A stretch of DNA of 64,000 nt from Curvularia clavata (Eukaryota). The stretch's first letter is position 1. Every line of letters starts with the position of its first letter. Made by a program: the position numbers and the translations under genes. The notes beneath the pieces were generated by a model. The model was not told the origin of the DNA, ran no database searches, and saw only the letters and a list, made by a program, of their open reading frames with translations. Location: positions 2,604,001-2,668,000 of the forward strand of contig CP089278.1 of the NCBI GenBank assembly GCA_023920165.1. Reading direction: 5' to 3'. Shown piece after piece: positions 12,497 through 24,517 of the stretch.

Positions 12497-14206
12497 TCAA
12501 CCACGCCAGTTTTCGTACTGATTTTCGTACGCTAGTAAACCTGCAGCACGCATTAATGCCCACACCCGCTGTAATTGTTTATGTACTGGTTGGTAAGCTT
12601 GGAAATGCCGCTTTTTTTTCATAACTGGCATGCCCTTCATCTTTGAATATTCAAATATAAGCTGGCTTAACTCAGCTGCAAGCTTATTTTGAACCATCTT
12701 TCGTGCCGAATAGGAGTAAATAACTCCTATTAAAGATTTAAGAATTGTACGAGTCCTTTGTTGGCGTGATCGCCGTAATTGTGCAATCGAAGTCATAGTA
12801 CGTAGTTCACCAATTGCTTGGTCTCCAGCAACAGACATATTATACGCTCCAAACAACGTACGTTTTACGTTATCGCTAAGCTCCTCATTCTCTAGACAAT
12901 AGTCAATATTGCGCTTAAGTATCCGGATCGTTAGAGGCGTGTTTAGCTCTGGTGGTGGTGGTGTTCCATCTATAGTAGCGTTGCTGCTACTATCACTACT
13001 ACTACTGCCAGTATCTTGGCAATCAGCGTTCCAATCAGCAAAATCTCTCTGTATATTATTCTTGACACGCTTAATATCCAACGGATATAATCCTGAGTCC
13101 CGCCAGCCTTTTTGTATCGTACGGGACTTGAATGTATAGGCGCGGATTGACTCGATAGCAGCTAGGAACTCAACCTTGTTGAAAGCTGTACAGCCTGTTC
13201 GGGTTGCATAATCAACAGCCTGCGCGTGCCAGTGCTTGTACGGCTGAAAACAGCCCACATCAAGCGGTTGGAGAAAGTGAGATGTATGTGGAGGCAGGCG
13301 ATAGGCAATAACCTTATGATCCTCAAGGACTTCGAGAAACTCTTGGGTGCAGTGTGAATCAAATCCATCAAATAAAAGCAGCCGATACAACCCTTGCATG
13401 TGCTTTTGGCTCTGTTGTACGAAGTGCTTTACCCACTCAAAACTCAATCGATCATTTGTGTAGCCAGTGTCGCTGTGCGCAATAAGGTAGTTGTCAGGTA
13501 AATCGGTGAAGTAGCGCTCAAGGAGTGCGTCGCCTTCAACAATGATCATTGGTGGGATAGCGTGGCCTGCGGCATTGACACACTCGGTAACAGTCAATGA
13601 TGTACGATTATCAGGCGTCGGCAGATAGACGCGGCGGCGAGGTTCAAAAGTAATAACCCACTGGTCTTTTCCAATTCCAATGCGAAAGCCAGTCTCGTCA
13701 AAGTTCCAAATATCTGATGGTGGGATACCATGCGTCTGAATTAGGCTCGTAAAGGTATTAAACCACTCGATAATAGAGTCTGAATCATGCGCGAGTGCGC
13801 GATTAAGATTAAGAGATCTCTGTCGTCGTACGTGAAGCTTAGGTTGCCGTTTAAGCCATCGTTTTGCCCATCGCGAGCTTGCAGTTGGTGGAGGACCAGG
13901 ACTATCATGAGCTTGTTGAAGAAGATAATTGGCACACGATACAATCATAGGCAGTCGTACACAAACTCCAAGTTCATCAAGGCGTGCGATATAATCGTAT
14001 AGTGCTTGGTCTTGCGCCTCAGCAAGCTTATATGTGCCGGAAGGGCGTTTAGAATGTGTTAGGCGGCCCTTTGATCGGGCGAGTAATCGCTGGTATGGAA
14101 CACCGTGTTCACGCGCAAGCTGCTTAAAATTCGGCTTTGGGATATCCTTGATAGACTCTAAGATCTCTGCAATGCGATCATTAATTGAGGTTTGTAATTG
14201 AGCCAT
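12497..14206 (-). CDS. pogo/Fot1-like DDE_1 transposase (569 aa) with N-terminal HTH and CENP-B-type HTH
   Basis: Uninterrupted ORF. Catalytic motifs WNFDETGF, LLLFDGFDSH, HFLQPLDVGCF; HTH 'LAREHGVPYQRL'; 'SRWAKRWLKR'. Confidence 0.95.
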   Translation of the reverse strand: MAQLQTSINDRIAEILESIKDIPKPNFKQLAREHGVPYQRLLARSKGRLTHSKRPSGTYKLAEAQDQALYDYIARLDELGVCVRLPMIVSCANYLLQQAHDSPGPPPTASSRWAKRWLKRQPKLHVRRQRSLNLNRALAHDSDSIIEWFNTFTSLIQTHGIPPSDIWNFDETGFRIGIGKDQWVITFEPRRRVYLPTPDNRTSLTVTECVNAAGHAIPPMIIVEGDALLERYFTDLPDNYLIAHSDTGYTNDRLSFEWVKHFVQQSQKHMQGLYRLLLFDGFDSHCTQEFLEVLEDHKVIAYRLPPHTSHFLQPLDVGCFQPYKHWHAQAVDYATRTGCTAFNKVEFLAAIESIRAYTFKSRTIQKGWRDSGLYPLDIKRVKNNIQRDFADWNADCQDTGSSSSDSSSNATIDGTPPPPELNTPLTIRILKRNIDYCLENEELSDNVKRTLFGAYNMSVAGDQAIGELRTMTSIAQLRRSRQQRTRTILKSLIGVIYSYSARKMVQNKLAAELSQLIFEYSKMKGMPVMKKKRHFQAYQPVHKQLQRVWALMRAAGLLAYENQYENWRG

Positions 14207-14246
14207 TGTGGGGGCTACAAGAGAGGATCAAAGTAGTGGAGTTACA

Positions 14247-14353
14247 AAAAAATATCGTATTGAAGGTAATATCGTATTGAGGGTCGGCACTCGCCTGCGG
14301 CGAGTGTCAGCGCAGCTGACGTAGCTTAGTCATAAGCTACGCCTTGGCACGGA
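14247..14353. repeat. Right terminal inverted repeat (107 bp)
   Basis: Exact reverse complement of 12358-12464, followed by TA. Confidence 0.97.
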
Positions 14354-16086
14354 TACTACTACACCAAGCTTGGGCTTGCTTATATAATGGTAGTACACCT
14401 ACACCCACTCACGCTAGACTACCCTCAGCGTTAGGGGAGAGTGTGTCCATGAGTAGTTGAAGGTCATTGTTGCAAGCCAAGCGGAGAGTACGCTGGAGTT
14501 GCTTCATAACCTTTTTGAGGTGCACAGACATGCTGAGTAAGTTTTTTGGCCAATTTGGAGCTCCATCACCTTGACCACACATCGGCTAGAGTGACAACTT
14601 TATGGGAAATACTTCATCAGATATCTCCATACTGACAATCTCATCTGCCAGTCTTCAATCGTCTCCAGTAGCAAAAGAAGAGTATGAGCACAGAGAATGC
14701 GCTACCACGCGTTGTGGACCCCTGAACTCTATCTGCAGCACTTGATGTCGCAAAACAGCTGCCCAATAGAAGCACATGGGCACTCGAAGGAACAAAAGGT
14801 AATGTTGAAAGCTGCTCAAAAACTCTCAAAAAGCCTCAAAGAGCGGGAAAGACTTGGAAAGAGCATTGTTCTTAAGCAACGAGGTTCCTCCGCGAAACCA
14901 TTATTCAAATCCAAGCAAATCCCTCAGCCACACAACCATCCTTGGAACTGTCAAACAATATCGGCCGAAAATATAGCATGGTCAATGTTTTTAATCATGA
15001 GTCCAGAACTAAGTAAAGCCATCTCCAAGCCGGTCGTTGCGAGAAATTCTCCGAAAACAGAGGCATGACACGCTGAATAGTGGGTTTTTCTACGTCAGGA
15101 CTTCCTATTCCGAGCTTCCCCAATCTGTACGCCTTGGATTGTTTCGACTAATTGGACGATGAGCCTCATGGCATCTTGGTGTTGTTCGAAAATGGATTGA
15201 AGTTCGGTTGAGCGGTCCGCGCTTGCAATTTATTCATATTAACCGCCACAAGGATTTGGGCGCCTCCGGACGTAGCGCGCTAGCATGGGAATAGCCGAAG
15301 ATCATCATGTTGTGAATAATACCTTTCACACACATGCCCTTGAACTATAACGTTACTGCATATCGGGGATCGGTAATGCAGCAGCTGACTGCCGTGCATC
15401 GGTTACCAAGATCGTCAGCGGCCGTCCGCAACTGCTGCACCGCAACTCGTCGTCAACGTTCAAAGGCTTGGCTGTAGGGCTAGTATCAGTCAGTTGTTTG
15501 ATGTAACTGCAATCCTTCCGTCAATGGCCCGAAAGGTATCCACTGTTCGAAACTTGAGGAGACGGAAGTTCCACAATACAATGGATGAGGCTGGCACGTG
15601 GTTGGTGATTCAGTCAGTGGGCGCGATGCCCCTAGCCGAGAATATATTACCCAGCGCAAACGTGTAGGAGAGTGGTGCACCAGCGATATTAAGCCTGGCC
15701 CCGTTTGAGCGCTTCCGGCCTATCGCATCAACACAATTTCGTCACAGGACTGCCATCTTCTACTCAAGTCACGTTCTAAGAACGTGGCGACAGGGGCCGG
15801 CCTTCTTGGTACTGGATGGCGTACAGCTCAGCGACCGGGCAAACATGTGCCTGGAAATGAAAGTTTTGATTGCGAGGCTTGTCGAAAACCCGGTTCAAGG
15901 GAGTGCGGAGGCGTGGAGCAAAAGGCGCTAGGAGAATGGCGACGAGTATATGAAGAAGAAGAATTCCAGCCTCAAGTTGTTCATCAGGAAGTCCTCCAGC
16001 AACGAGCTTCGACACTGACACACTCTCTTCTCCACATTGTGTGAAACAATTTGTCTTTGTTCCCACACTTCCAAAACACCATCATT

Positions 16087-16889
16087 ATGCTCTCTCTCCT
16101 CTTCCTTCTTGCGCCCCTTGTGGCTGCCCACGGTCACGTCGATAAGGTCGTCGCCGACGGCAAGGAGTACCAGGGCTGGAACGCTGCTCTCAAGTACCAG
16201 AACCCCATTCCTGCAACTGTTGGCTGGCAAGCCGATAACCTCGACAATGGCTTCGTCTCGCCTGATGCCTTCAACACTGCCGCCATTATCTGCCACAAGC
16301 AGGGCAAGAGCAACGGTGCCTATGTAACCGTCAAGCCCGGCAGCAAGGTCACCTTCAAGTGGGACACATGGCCCGTCAGCCACGCCGGTCCTGTCCAGGA
16401 GTACATTGCCGCTTGCAACGGTGACTGCGGTTCCGTCGACCCTAGCAGCCTGCAGTGGACAAAGTTCTCCTCCAAGGCCTGGAAATCTGGTAGCAACCCC
16501 GGCAAGTGGGCCACTGACGATTTGATTGCCAACAACTTCTCTTGGGACATTACCTTCCCCAACGTTGCTCCTGGAAACTACGTCGTTCGTCACGAGATCA
16601 TCGCGCTGCACGCTGCGGGTCAGACCAACGGCGCTCAGGCGTACCCTCAGTGCATCAACTTCAAGGTTGAGGGCTCTGGAACTGCCAAGCTGAGCGGTGG
16701 TGTTCCTGCTACTAGCTTCTACACTGTAAGATATACATGCCATGTCTTCTCGTTCACATTACTAACGCGATATAGGCCAACGACCCTGGCATCAAGTTCA
16801 ACCTCTACACTTCCTTCAGCAGCTACCCTGTTCCCGGCCCTGCTCTCAAGACTCTGTCCAAGAGGCACGCCAAGGACCTTGAGTACTAG
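16087..16889 (+). CDS. Secreted AA9 (GH61) lytic polysaccharide monooxygenase; intron 16726-16775
   Basis: Signal peptide MLSLLFLLAPLVAA then His1 (HGHV); SHAGPV; RHEIIALH; GAQAYPQC; last exon ANDPGIKFNLY...YPVPGPALKTLSKRHAKDLEY*. Confidence 0.96.
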
Positions 16890-18196
16890 ATTTGATAGCA
16901 GAGGAAGAAGGCTTCTGCTTCTTCGCCACATATTGATGAGGCGACCGAACAGGTCCAGCACTGAGCAAGGCAGGCTTGTTCGTGGACTCATTCGTTCTTT
17001 TTTCCATCTTTGTTACTTTCCAACAAGGACGATGTAAATATTGCATATAGAAGGAGTGGGGGAGAGATCATTCTTGTACATACATACTTAGCATCATCAT
17101 GAATCATACCTGTGTACGATTTAACACTTCAAACCCGATAGTAAAGCCGCAGTGCAATTCTTTCAGCCCATGCCATGTCACGACTGTGGGAATCATGCAG
17201 TATGCGTCAGCACATTGTGAAAAGTCGTAAATATGAAACGTGCAGAACGCTGGCTTTCCTTGTTACTTTTTTTTTTCCCTTGCCTACTGCGCTGCGTCAC
17301 ACATCCACACACCCAACCAATCCACCCCCTGCGATCCCTCAAAAACAAAGAAAAAGAGAGAGAGAGAAAATTCATTTGCAAAGCGTAAAAACTATCCACC
17401 AAGGGATCGGCCCACTTCCCTTCTTCTCCCCAGATTAAAGCCCCAATCCCTGGTTGATAATAGGCGTCTGGTATAGCTCTAGATCCCTTTACTTCTTTTC
17501 TGCCCCGCATCCTCGCATGCAAGCGAAGCGAAGACTTGTGTGTGTGTGCCGTTTACGCTACTGCGTCGGAGGATAAAGGAGGGAGTGGGCCGATAGGTTG
17601 GGGTTTATCCGGTGGAAGGTCAGGGGAGGGGTTGGTGTATGCAGTGCATGGTGGGGCGGAGGGGAGAGAAGGACGCGAATATGTGTGTGTATGTGAGGAG
17701 GGGAGGGGTTAAGTGAGGGGATGTTTGGGTATTAGATGCTTGGGTTTATGGGGTGGTGGTGTGAGGTGGTGCTGGGATTTGTTGGAGTAGCTTCTTGGGA
17801 CTGCGTCTAGTTGGGCTGGAATGCTTTGCGCTTTGCGGCATTGGTCCACGTGAGTGTTTTGTTCTGGGTTAGTGATATTTATTTCTGCAATGATGAGCGA
17901 AGCTGCAAGGAATGGCATTGCTGTATACGCGGTTCAAGATGAAGTCGTACGAACTACGCCTTTACGAGGCAAGGAGAGATTCGTGTATACTAGATATCTC
18001 TTTAAAGCATGTTTCCATTTCTGCAAAATAGACATCAGAGACTAGTAGTGGTATAAACAAATTAGCGACGGAGGAAAAAGTTCAAGTTATATTATTACGT
18101 AGATTCTCCGCATTTACACTATTGACTAGGAGAACAGGCCGCAAGTTTACAGCGTTAAAATCAACTAAGATATCTACACACCTTGTCTAAAACATC

Positions 18197-19453
18197 CTAC
18201 CTCTGCATAGGATGTTCGCCAAATTGACTTCGATTGCCTATTTGCATCCCGTGACTTTGCATTTCCTTACCATACTCCATCACCTGGTTCTCCCAGTCTC
18301 TCAGAGCTTCAGCATCCCCTTGAAACATTCGATCAATTGCCTCCGCAAGCTTCATTGCGTCCAAAGCAGCTTGGTTCGTACTGGCCGCTGTATGTGGTCT
18401 GAAGCCGGCCAGAGCGTCCCCGAGTAGCAGCACCCTCCCGCCATCCAGTAAGGCAGATGGTGCTATCACATCTGTGATGGCTTGAATGAAAGGCACCTCC
18501 GTCTTATTGACCAACTCAGCAAATTGAGGAGGCAGCGTCTCTTTCGCTACTTTCTTCTGGTTCGCCCATACTTCATCTTTTATACCACCAGGCGGGAGGG
18601 TTATGTGATGTCTCTTCCCATCTTTGTCCGTCATGAGTTCGTTATACTCTTCTGAATCTTCCTTGTAGTTCACATACCACACCCAGTTTAGCAGTCTCTC
18701 GCCTTCCTTCGTGGTGCCGTGTTTTCCTGGGATAGTATATGCGAGTATCTGCATGCCTTTGCTGTGAAAGAAAGTAAATTTCTCGACAAACACGTTGGCC
18801 AAAGACTGCGAAGCTTGTGTTTCTGGGACTGTGCCTCGCCATGCGACGTAACCTGCATACTTTCGCTTTATATCGGGGAAGTACTCGGCACGGATCTTGG
18901 AACTGGGCCCATCGGCTGCGATGACTAGATCCGCTTCGGTTGTGGATACGTCTCCAGACTTGTGTTGGTAAGTGATTCGAACCGGCTCCGTGAAGTCTAG
19001 AGAGGGAGATGGTTTCGGAGCATCCACTTTTGTGACCGTGCATCCATACTCATAAGACGTCTTGCCCTCTCCCTCTTCAGAAATGGGAACCTCCGCATAG
19101 TCGGTCTTCGTGCCGTCGTAGTTCGTCCGGAGAAGATGGTATAGCAAGTCCCAGCTCGTCATGCGTTGCTCTCGATCATCACGGCTTATCACTTTGCCCT
19201 CTTTATCGAGATATAATCGTTGATGACTCGGAACTGTCAAAGGAGTCTGAGTTCGGTCATAGGTCTTGAAAAACTTTTGTACATCCTGGCCTGCTACTAC
19301 ACCTGCGCCTTGGTCTTGGAGCAGCGGTGTCGGGTTGCGCTCGAATATACGTATCGTCAGGTCTTTCTGTAGGCGCTTCAATGCGACACCAGTCAGAAGA
19401 CCACCTAATGAACCTCCTACAATGACAATGCTCTTAGGTTTTGCTGGCGCCAT
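18197..19453 (-). CDS. FAD-dependent aromatic monooxygenase (2,6-dihydroxypyridine hydroxylase/UbiH-like)
   Basis: IVIVGGSLGG Rossmann motif, IAADG, YAGYVAWRG, LLGDA motifs; single 418-aa ORF. Confidence 0.9.
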   Translation of the reverse strand: MAPAKPKSIVIVGGSLGGLLTGVALKRLQKDLTIRIFERNPTPLLQDQGAGVVAGQDVQKFFKTYDRTQTPLTVPSHQRLYLDKEGKVISRDDREQRMTSWDLLYHLLRTNYDGTKTDYAEVPISEEGEGKTSYEYGCTVTKVDAPKPSPSLDFTEPVRITYQHKSGDVSTTEADLVIAADGPSSKIRAEYFPDIKRKYAGYVAWRGTVPETQASQSLANVFVEKFTFFHSKGMQILAYTIPGKHGTTKEGERLLNWVWYVNYKEDSEEYNELMTDKDGKRHHITLPPGGIKDEVWANQKKVAKETLPPQFAELVNKTEVPFIQAITDVIAPSALLDGGRVLLLGDALAGFRPHTAASTNQAALDAMKLAEAIDRMFQGDAEALRDWENQVMEYGKEMQSHGMQIGNRSQFGEHPMQR

Positions 19454-19929
19454 AGTTGTATATGAGTAAGAGTCGTAGATGTATGAAAGGATTGAGATGG
19501 ATCGAGAGACATTTAGGGGGACGCCGCTGGCTAGCCGTCATGGGAACTCCATTCTTGACCACCATATCTTGGGATCTGCCCAGGGATTCAATCTTGAATT
19601 ACGGATAATGACATGTTATTGTATCCGGATTTGCATAAGATTGTAACTATGAGAAGCTTGGTGGGGACATCGCTTATATTTATGATGTCATCATATTTGC
19701 AGCCTCTAAAGAGCACCTGATTGATTCTTTCTACGGTCTCGCATAGGAAAGGCTTCTGGTTAATTCTAAATCTTTGGTGACGTGTGTTTTGACTCCTGCA
19801 TATCTACTAGGTATCTGCATTTCATTGTAAATATTCAACTCGTCTGAAGACCAGGACACTTCCCAGGGGTTGCCAGACATATTCTTAACTCCCGGTCCTC
19901 TTTATTTTCAGCAGCCAATCTCTGGACCT

Positions 19930-21200
19930 GCAAATCTTGTGTAAATATACTCCTTACGCGGATCTTGGGTCCATTGAAGTGGGAAGGATACATAAAAATG
20001 GCGTAGTGCAACAGCTGGGTTAAACAACATTGAGTGCGCGATCCTCATGCCTAGGTTTCCGTACATGAACCTGGTATAGAAACCGCATATTCTGGAGAGA
20101 AAATCCTTCTTGAGACAGCTTCCTCCCGAAGCAGATGTGCTGCAACGATCATAAGCTACGGTCGTGGATCCGACAGTGGCATGGTAAATAGCAGAACTGG
20201 CGATCCCGATGAGGACAGCAGCCACATTGCTGCCAGACCAATGCAGCGGTGATATTGTTGTGACGAAAGCTCAAGCGAGTGAAGTATAAGAAGGAGGATG
20301 GTGTTTGTGGCAGAGACTCAAGGCAAACTCCAGGGACGGGTCATTCGCTTTGTTACGTTAAGAACTTCCAATGACCAACCTCGTACGAACACGCCAGCGC
20401 GACAAGAACGAGGGAAAGTTTCGTAGGTATGAGTGCCATTACTTGAAAACGTGACTGTAGTTTCCGGAGACGGAGCAGACGAGGGCATCAGCAAAGCGCT
20501 CAGCACCGAGAGGAGCAACACAAAAGGCTCAGACATGAACAGTTGGTACACCCGGAACGTGCTCGTAGCCAAATGCCTGTAATGAAGCCCTTTTCTCATG
20601 AGTTTGCTATGACGCGGTCCGTATTTGGCCGAGCTGTCTTCTTTCCTTTCCCCATCTGCCTCACTATCAAGCAAGACCAAAGCGTGTGTTTCTTGCGCGA
20701 CCAGCAGAAGAAATAGCTGAGTAGCCACGCCGGCGATGAGCCAAGACATCGGAGGAGAGAAATCTACGAAACTGCGTACTACTGGTTGTCTCTGTTGAAC
20801 AGGTCTACATCCATGCTCATCGTGATAGCGCCGGCGGACGACAGTCCGCTTCTGACTTTCATCCTCGTTATTCCTCCAAAGCTTGTGTACTGTTGTGCGG
20901 GTGACCGGAAAAACTTGGCTTCCTATTGGGCTTTAGTGATAGGACAACGCTATCGTTCCTGAACAGATCTTGATGAGAGAGCGCTCATAGCTACCCATGT
21001 GTGGCTTGAACCTGCCTTAGCAAGCGTAATGAGCACATCAATCGAGGTATGCAACGTAGCATTGCCTACCAGCTGCATTATGCCACGTATATACCGGGGT
21101 TGACGGACAGGTACAGGAAGTAGTGGGTAGTGTGCGCATACGTGACTGAGTGGATATGAAGATTGCAAACATCTAGCAAGGCTACAATAACCCCACATAT
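19930..21200 (-). pseudogene. Degenerate DHA1-type MFS multidrug transporter pseudogene (boundaries approximate)
   Basis: Colinear remnants in shifting frames: GLSSAGAITMSMDVDLFNRDNQ*YAV (stop 20779-20781); LIAGVATQLFLLLVAQET...YGP...SEPFVLLLSVLS, then a 1-nt deletion (~20496) and FADALV...VFK*W (stop 20439-20441); LIGIASSAIYHAT...AY...SASGG...DFL; NGPKIRVRSIF. Confidence 0.8.
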
Positions 21201-22692
21201 CTGATATGTTACAGGAGTTACACATGCTGTACCACCCGCTCGGAGATCTGCGGCATCATTCTTCTAGCGGTCTTCATTACGCAAGCGGGAGGTATATGGA
21301 GCTGGTAACTTTCTAACGGCGAAAGCTCTTTCGTAGCAGCTTCACATGTCTGCGCTAATTGGTACTGCACCATCGCGATGCTACCTCATTGAAGAACTCG
21401 TCACACCCCACGCATCCTCGCATGGAATCACGGTAATGAAGCCAAATACGGCTTGCCTCAGTCCTCAGGACGTATCACACTTCTCCGCATGTCCAAAGAA
21501 AGGCGGCCTAACCGTGATGCTGCATCCAATGACGGTTTTGACAGCTACGATGACATTTCGGCGAGAAGAAATCCGTCAGATTCCTACCAGACTGGATTTG
21601 AAACCACTCCAAGTCTGACAGGAGTTTTGGACACGACTTGACGTAGAGTGGTGTTTTCAATGTTCCGGAATTGCGAAGGGTGAACGAACGCATGAACGTC
21701 AGCCTTTTTGCCGGTCAATGGAGAGAGGTACGATCGAAACTGAAACGACTGGGCTGCATGGGTCTTCCCGTACCATAAAAGTCGATCTGCATCAATAAGC
21801 AAGCTGCCAGAGATGTGATGTTCGGTGCGTATGTTGAAGTGATGTGGCTCCGGAAGCCTTCCGACATGACAACCACAATAGTGTGATGCTTATTGGATAG
21901 GATATGCAGCGTACAGAGCCTAGACTAGTTCGAGCTTATATCCGGCGCGGCGAAATCCAGTGCAACAATACATCCGAGCCCGTTTAGATGATGGACACGG
22001 TGCCGGGGATGGTGGTTGAGAGTAGTTCCTGGGGGTTCCTGGAGGTTCTTGAAACCTCCGACGTCTGATCTGGGGCGCGACGATCCAAGACAAACGAGCC
22101 ACGCACATCCATGCTGAGCATTTGCACCCAATCAGCGTGCTGCCTTTCCAGAATTATCCTACCGCTAGCTGCTCAGTGCATCTCGAAGTCCCAATCAGAC
22201 ACTTCGCATCCATAACAGCAACAACAGACAGGGTGACAGCATGTATTCGCACGTCTCTCTCTGCAGCGGATGCGCATCCCTCCCGTTACACCAACAACAT
22301 ACAATGGTTCTAGCCGAACTGCCTCCGCTGTCTACCAGTTTCGAGTGAAGCCCTTATCACTCAGGCCACCGTGCCGTACCTGAACACGTTGGTCGGGTCC
22401 TCTTAGCCACAACAGGACCCATGTGCACGTCAAACTCAACTCTTCTGCACCCCTTCCCGTCCTCCCTGGCAGCCCTGTGCCGCTTTTCTTGCCGAGTGGA
22501 CCATCTGCATAACCTGTACCGTACAGTCGGTGCATGTTGAAAACGACCCTCTCTCGTAGCACGCCCCCACTTTCGTTCCATTAAGTAAGAGGAGTAGCCA
22601 AGTCTTCAAATCTTCATACCTCGTTGATCATCAGTCGAAACTACTCGGTCGAAACTATCACACTTACTCAGTACCCAGACAGCCTGGTCGTC

Positions 22693-24517
22693 ATGGCTGC
22701 TGTCATGTATCCACGATCACTCGATGGGGCAAAGAGACTCAATCTGGACGCCCTGGGCATCGGTTACGTCGTCTTCGCCATCGTGTACACTCTCACACTG
22801 TCTGCAGAGCTTTATATGCTATATCGACGACGCGACTCATTCTGCATACGGATACGAAACATCAATGTTGTATTTGGAGCCGTGTCGATGCTGCACGTAT
22901 ACCTCATCATCGTTCTTATGGTCTATCCGTGGAACGGTTTGTTTCCTTGCTCTGCCGAGTTCTGGATCATGTCTGTCTTCCTTCCGTCGGGCATGGCGTT
23001 CTTTCAAGGTGGGTGCTTTCTGCTTCAAGTCATTGGCATTCACTGACGTTTTGTAGCCTGCAATGCAAAGGTTCTCACTGTCTACGAGCGCCAGCGTCGA
23101 TTGACACGCAACTTCCTCGAGGGCGCACGCAAGAAGCGCATGTCATACACACCCCGGGGGCTATACGAAGCGTGGTGTGATCTCGACGCTGCAAGCAAAG
23201 TCTATGTTGGAACGTTGATCGGATTGGTGATTTCAGTAAGAGCAGTTTCACCGAGACTTCAATCAGTTGCGCTAACAGACACAGTTTGTTCCCGCTATCA
23301 TTATGTTCTTTGGATCGCGCCGTTTCCACGCGTCCTACGGCTTTTTTGGAACGCCGGCGAACTTCCGCATGTGTCGCCGCGGAGGTGAATGGTGTGTAAC
23401 GCACTCGCGATATGACAAAACTTCTGACTAACTACGATTAGGATCCCCTCAATCTTCGTCCAGTTATTCTGGACAATGCTAGTCGGTCCTTGGATTCTGT
23501 GGAAGATCCGTGATATCAAGGATGTGCATTCTTGGGCGTGGCAGACGAGACTTGCCATCATTTCCGGGTGTGTGAAACTGCCCTGCCTGCTCTTACGCTC
23601 TTCATATCGCTAACACCGTGTCTAGTCTTCCAGGAACGCCGCTTTGGATTGCTCTTACATATGCGAACACACCAGGTGCTAGAAACCTTAACAGGTTCTT
23701 TGTACCAGCAGGGTGGTAAGTCAAGGTTCTAAGAGTGGTGTTTAACGTTCTTACTCATGTCATGGACAGGTTCGTGCCAACACTGATCGTGTGCCAACAA
23801 GTCCTCATCATCATTCCTCTCCGCGAGGCATTGAAAGCGCAGCCCTACCGCCGCTCTTCAATCTCCGAAACCGACACCGACTCCCTCGCATCCAAACATG
23901 CCATTTTATCTGAAAAGTCGTCCTTTGAGATGCCTAGCAACACTCTCAAGACCAAAGGCTCCATGCAAGCCCTAGAGTTCTGCATCGAGAACAGCATTGA
24001 ACCCCTCATCGCCTGGGCCGCCGCTCGTGAATTCACCGCCGAAAACTGCATCTTCCTCCGCGAAGTGCGCAACTTCCGCAAGAAATGGGGCAGCCTGACT
24101 GTTGTCACGACCGCCCAGCGGCGCCAAATGTTCACCGAAGCCTCACTCATCTTCTTCACTCTCATCAACCCCTTTACCGCCGAGTCCCCCATCAACATCG
24201 AATACAAAATCTTCAAGCCGCTGCAAAACCTCTTCGCAGACGTAGAATTCGACCCCTACATGCCCCGCTGCGACACACCGGAAAATGTTAAATCGCCTGT
24301 CTTCCGCGAAAACGTCGTATGTCCCTGGGAAGACACGTTGAGTCGCCCACCCAGTATCCAGAGTGACGTTACGTCGTCGTCGACGGCGAGCACACGTAGT
24401 ATCGTGCCGAGTGAATTTACAGACGAGATTTTTGAACCCGCGTATGAAAGCATCAAGTATCTTGTTCTCACGAATACTTGGCCGAGATATGTGGAGCTCG
24501 CGGGCAAGCTTCCATAG
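22693..24517 (+). CDS. gprK: 7TM receptor fused to an RGS domain (GprK type), multi-exon
   Basis: Hydrophobic helices with 'IRIRN', 'PCSAEFWIMS', 'IRDIKDVHSW'; C-terminal RGS 'AAAREFTAENCIFLREVRNF...SPINIE...SIKYLVLTNTWPRYV'. Five GT-AG introns (first 23009-23056). Confidence 0.88.

Larger units (their letters stand above)
12358..14353 (-). mobile_element. Complete pogo/Fot1-family (Tc1/mariner superfamily) DNA transposon, 1,996 bp
   Basis: Perfect 107-bp TIRs (12358-12464 and 14247-14353), TA target-site duplication at 12356-12357 and 14354-14355, one internal transposase ORF. Confidence 0.97.

Noticed and set aside
15928..16743. 271-aa antisense ORF over the AA9 gene (similar shadows over RET2, DRS1 and PAP1)
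   Set aside because: Antisense shadow produced by codon bias of the real gene.
17570..17780. G-rich tract with several GGGG runs (possible G-quadruplex)
   Set aside because: Irregular low-complexity intergenic sequence between convergent genes; no further support.
6152..24517. Secondary-metabolite cluster (TF, monooxygenase, MFS remnant)
   Set aside because: No PKS, NRPS, terpene synthase or DMATS backbone gene in the window, and the genes are widely spaced.
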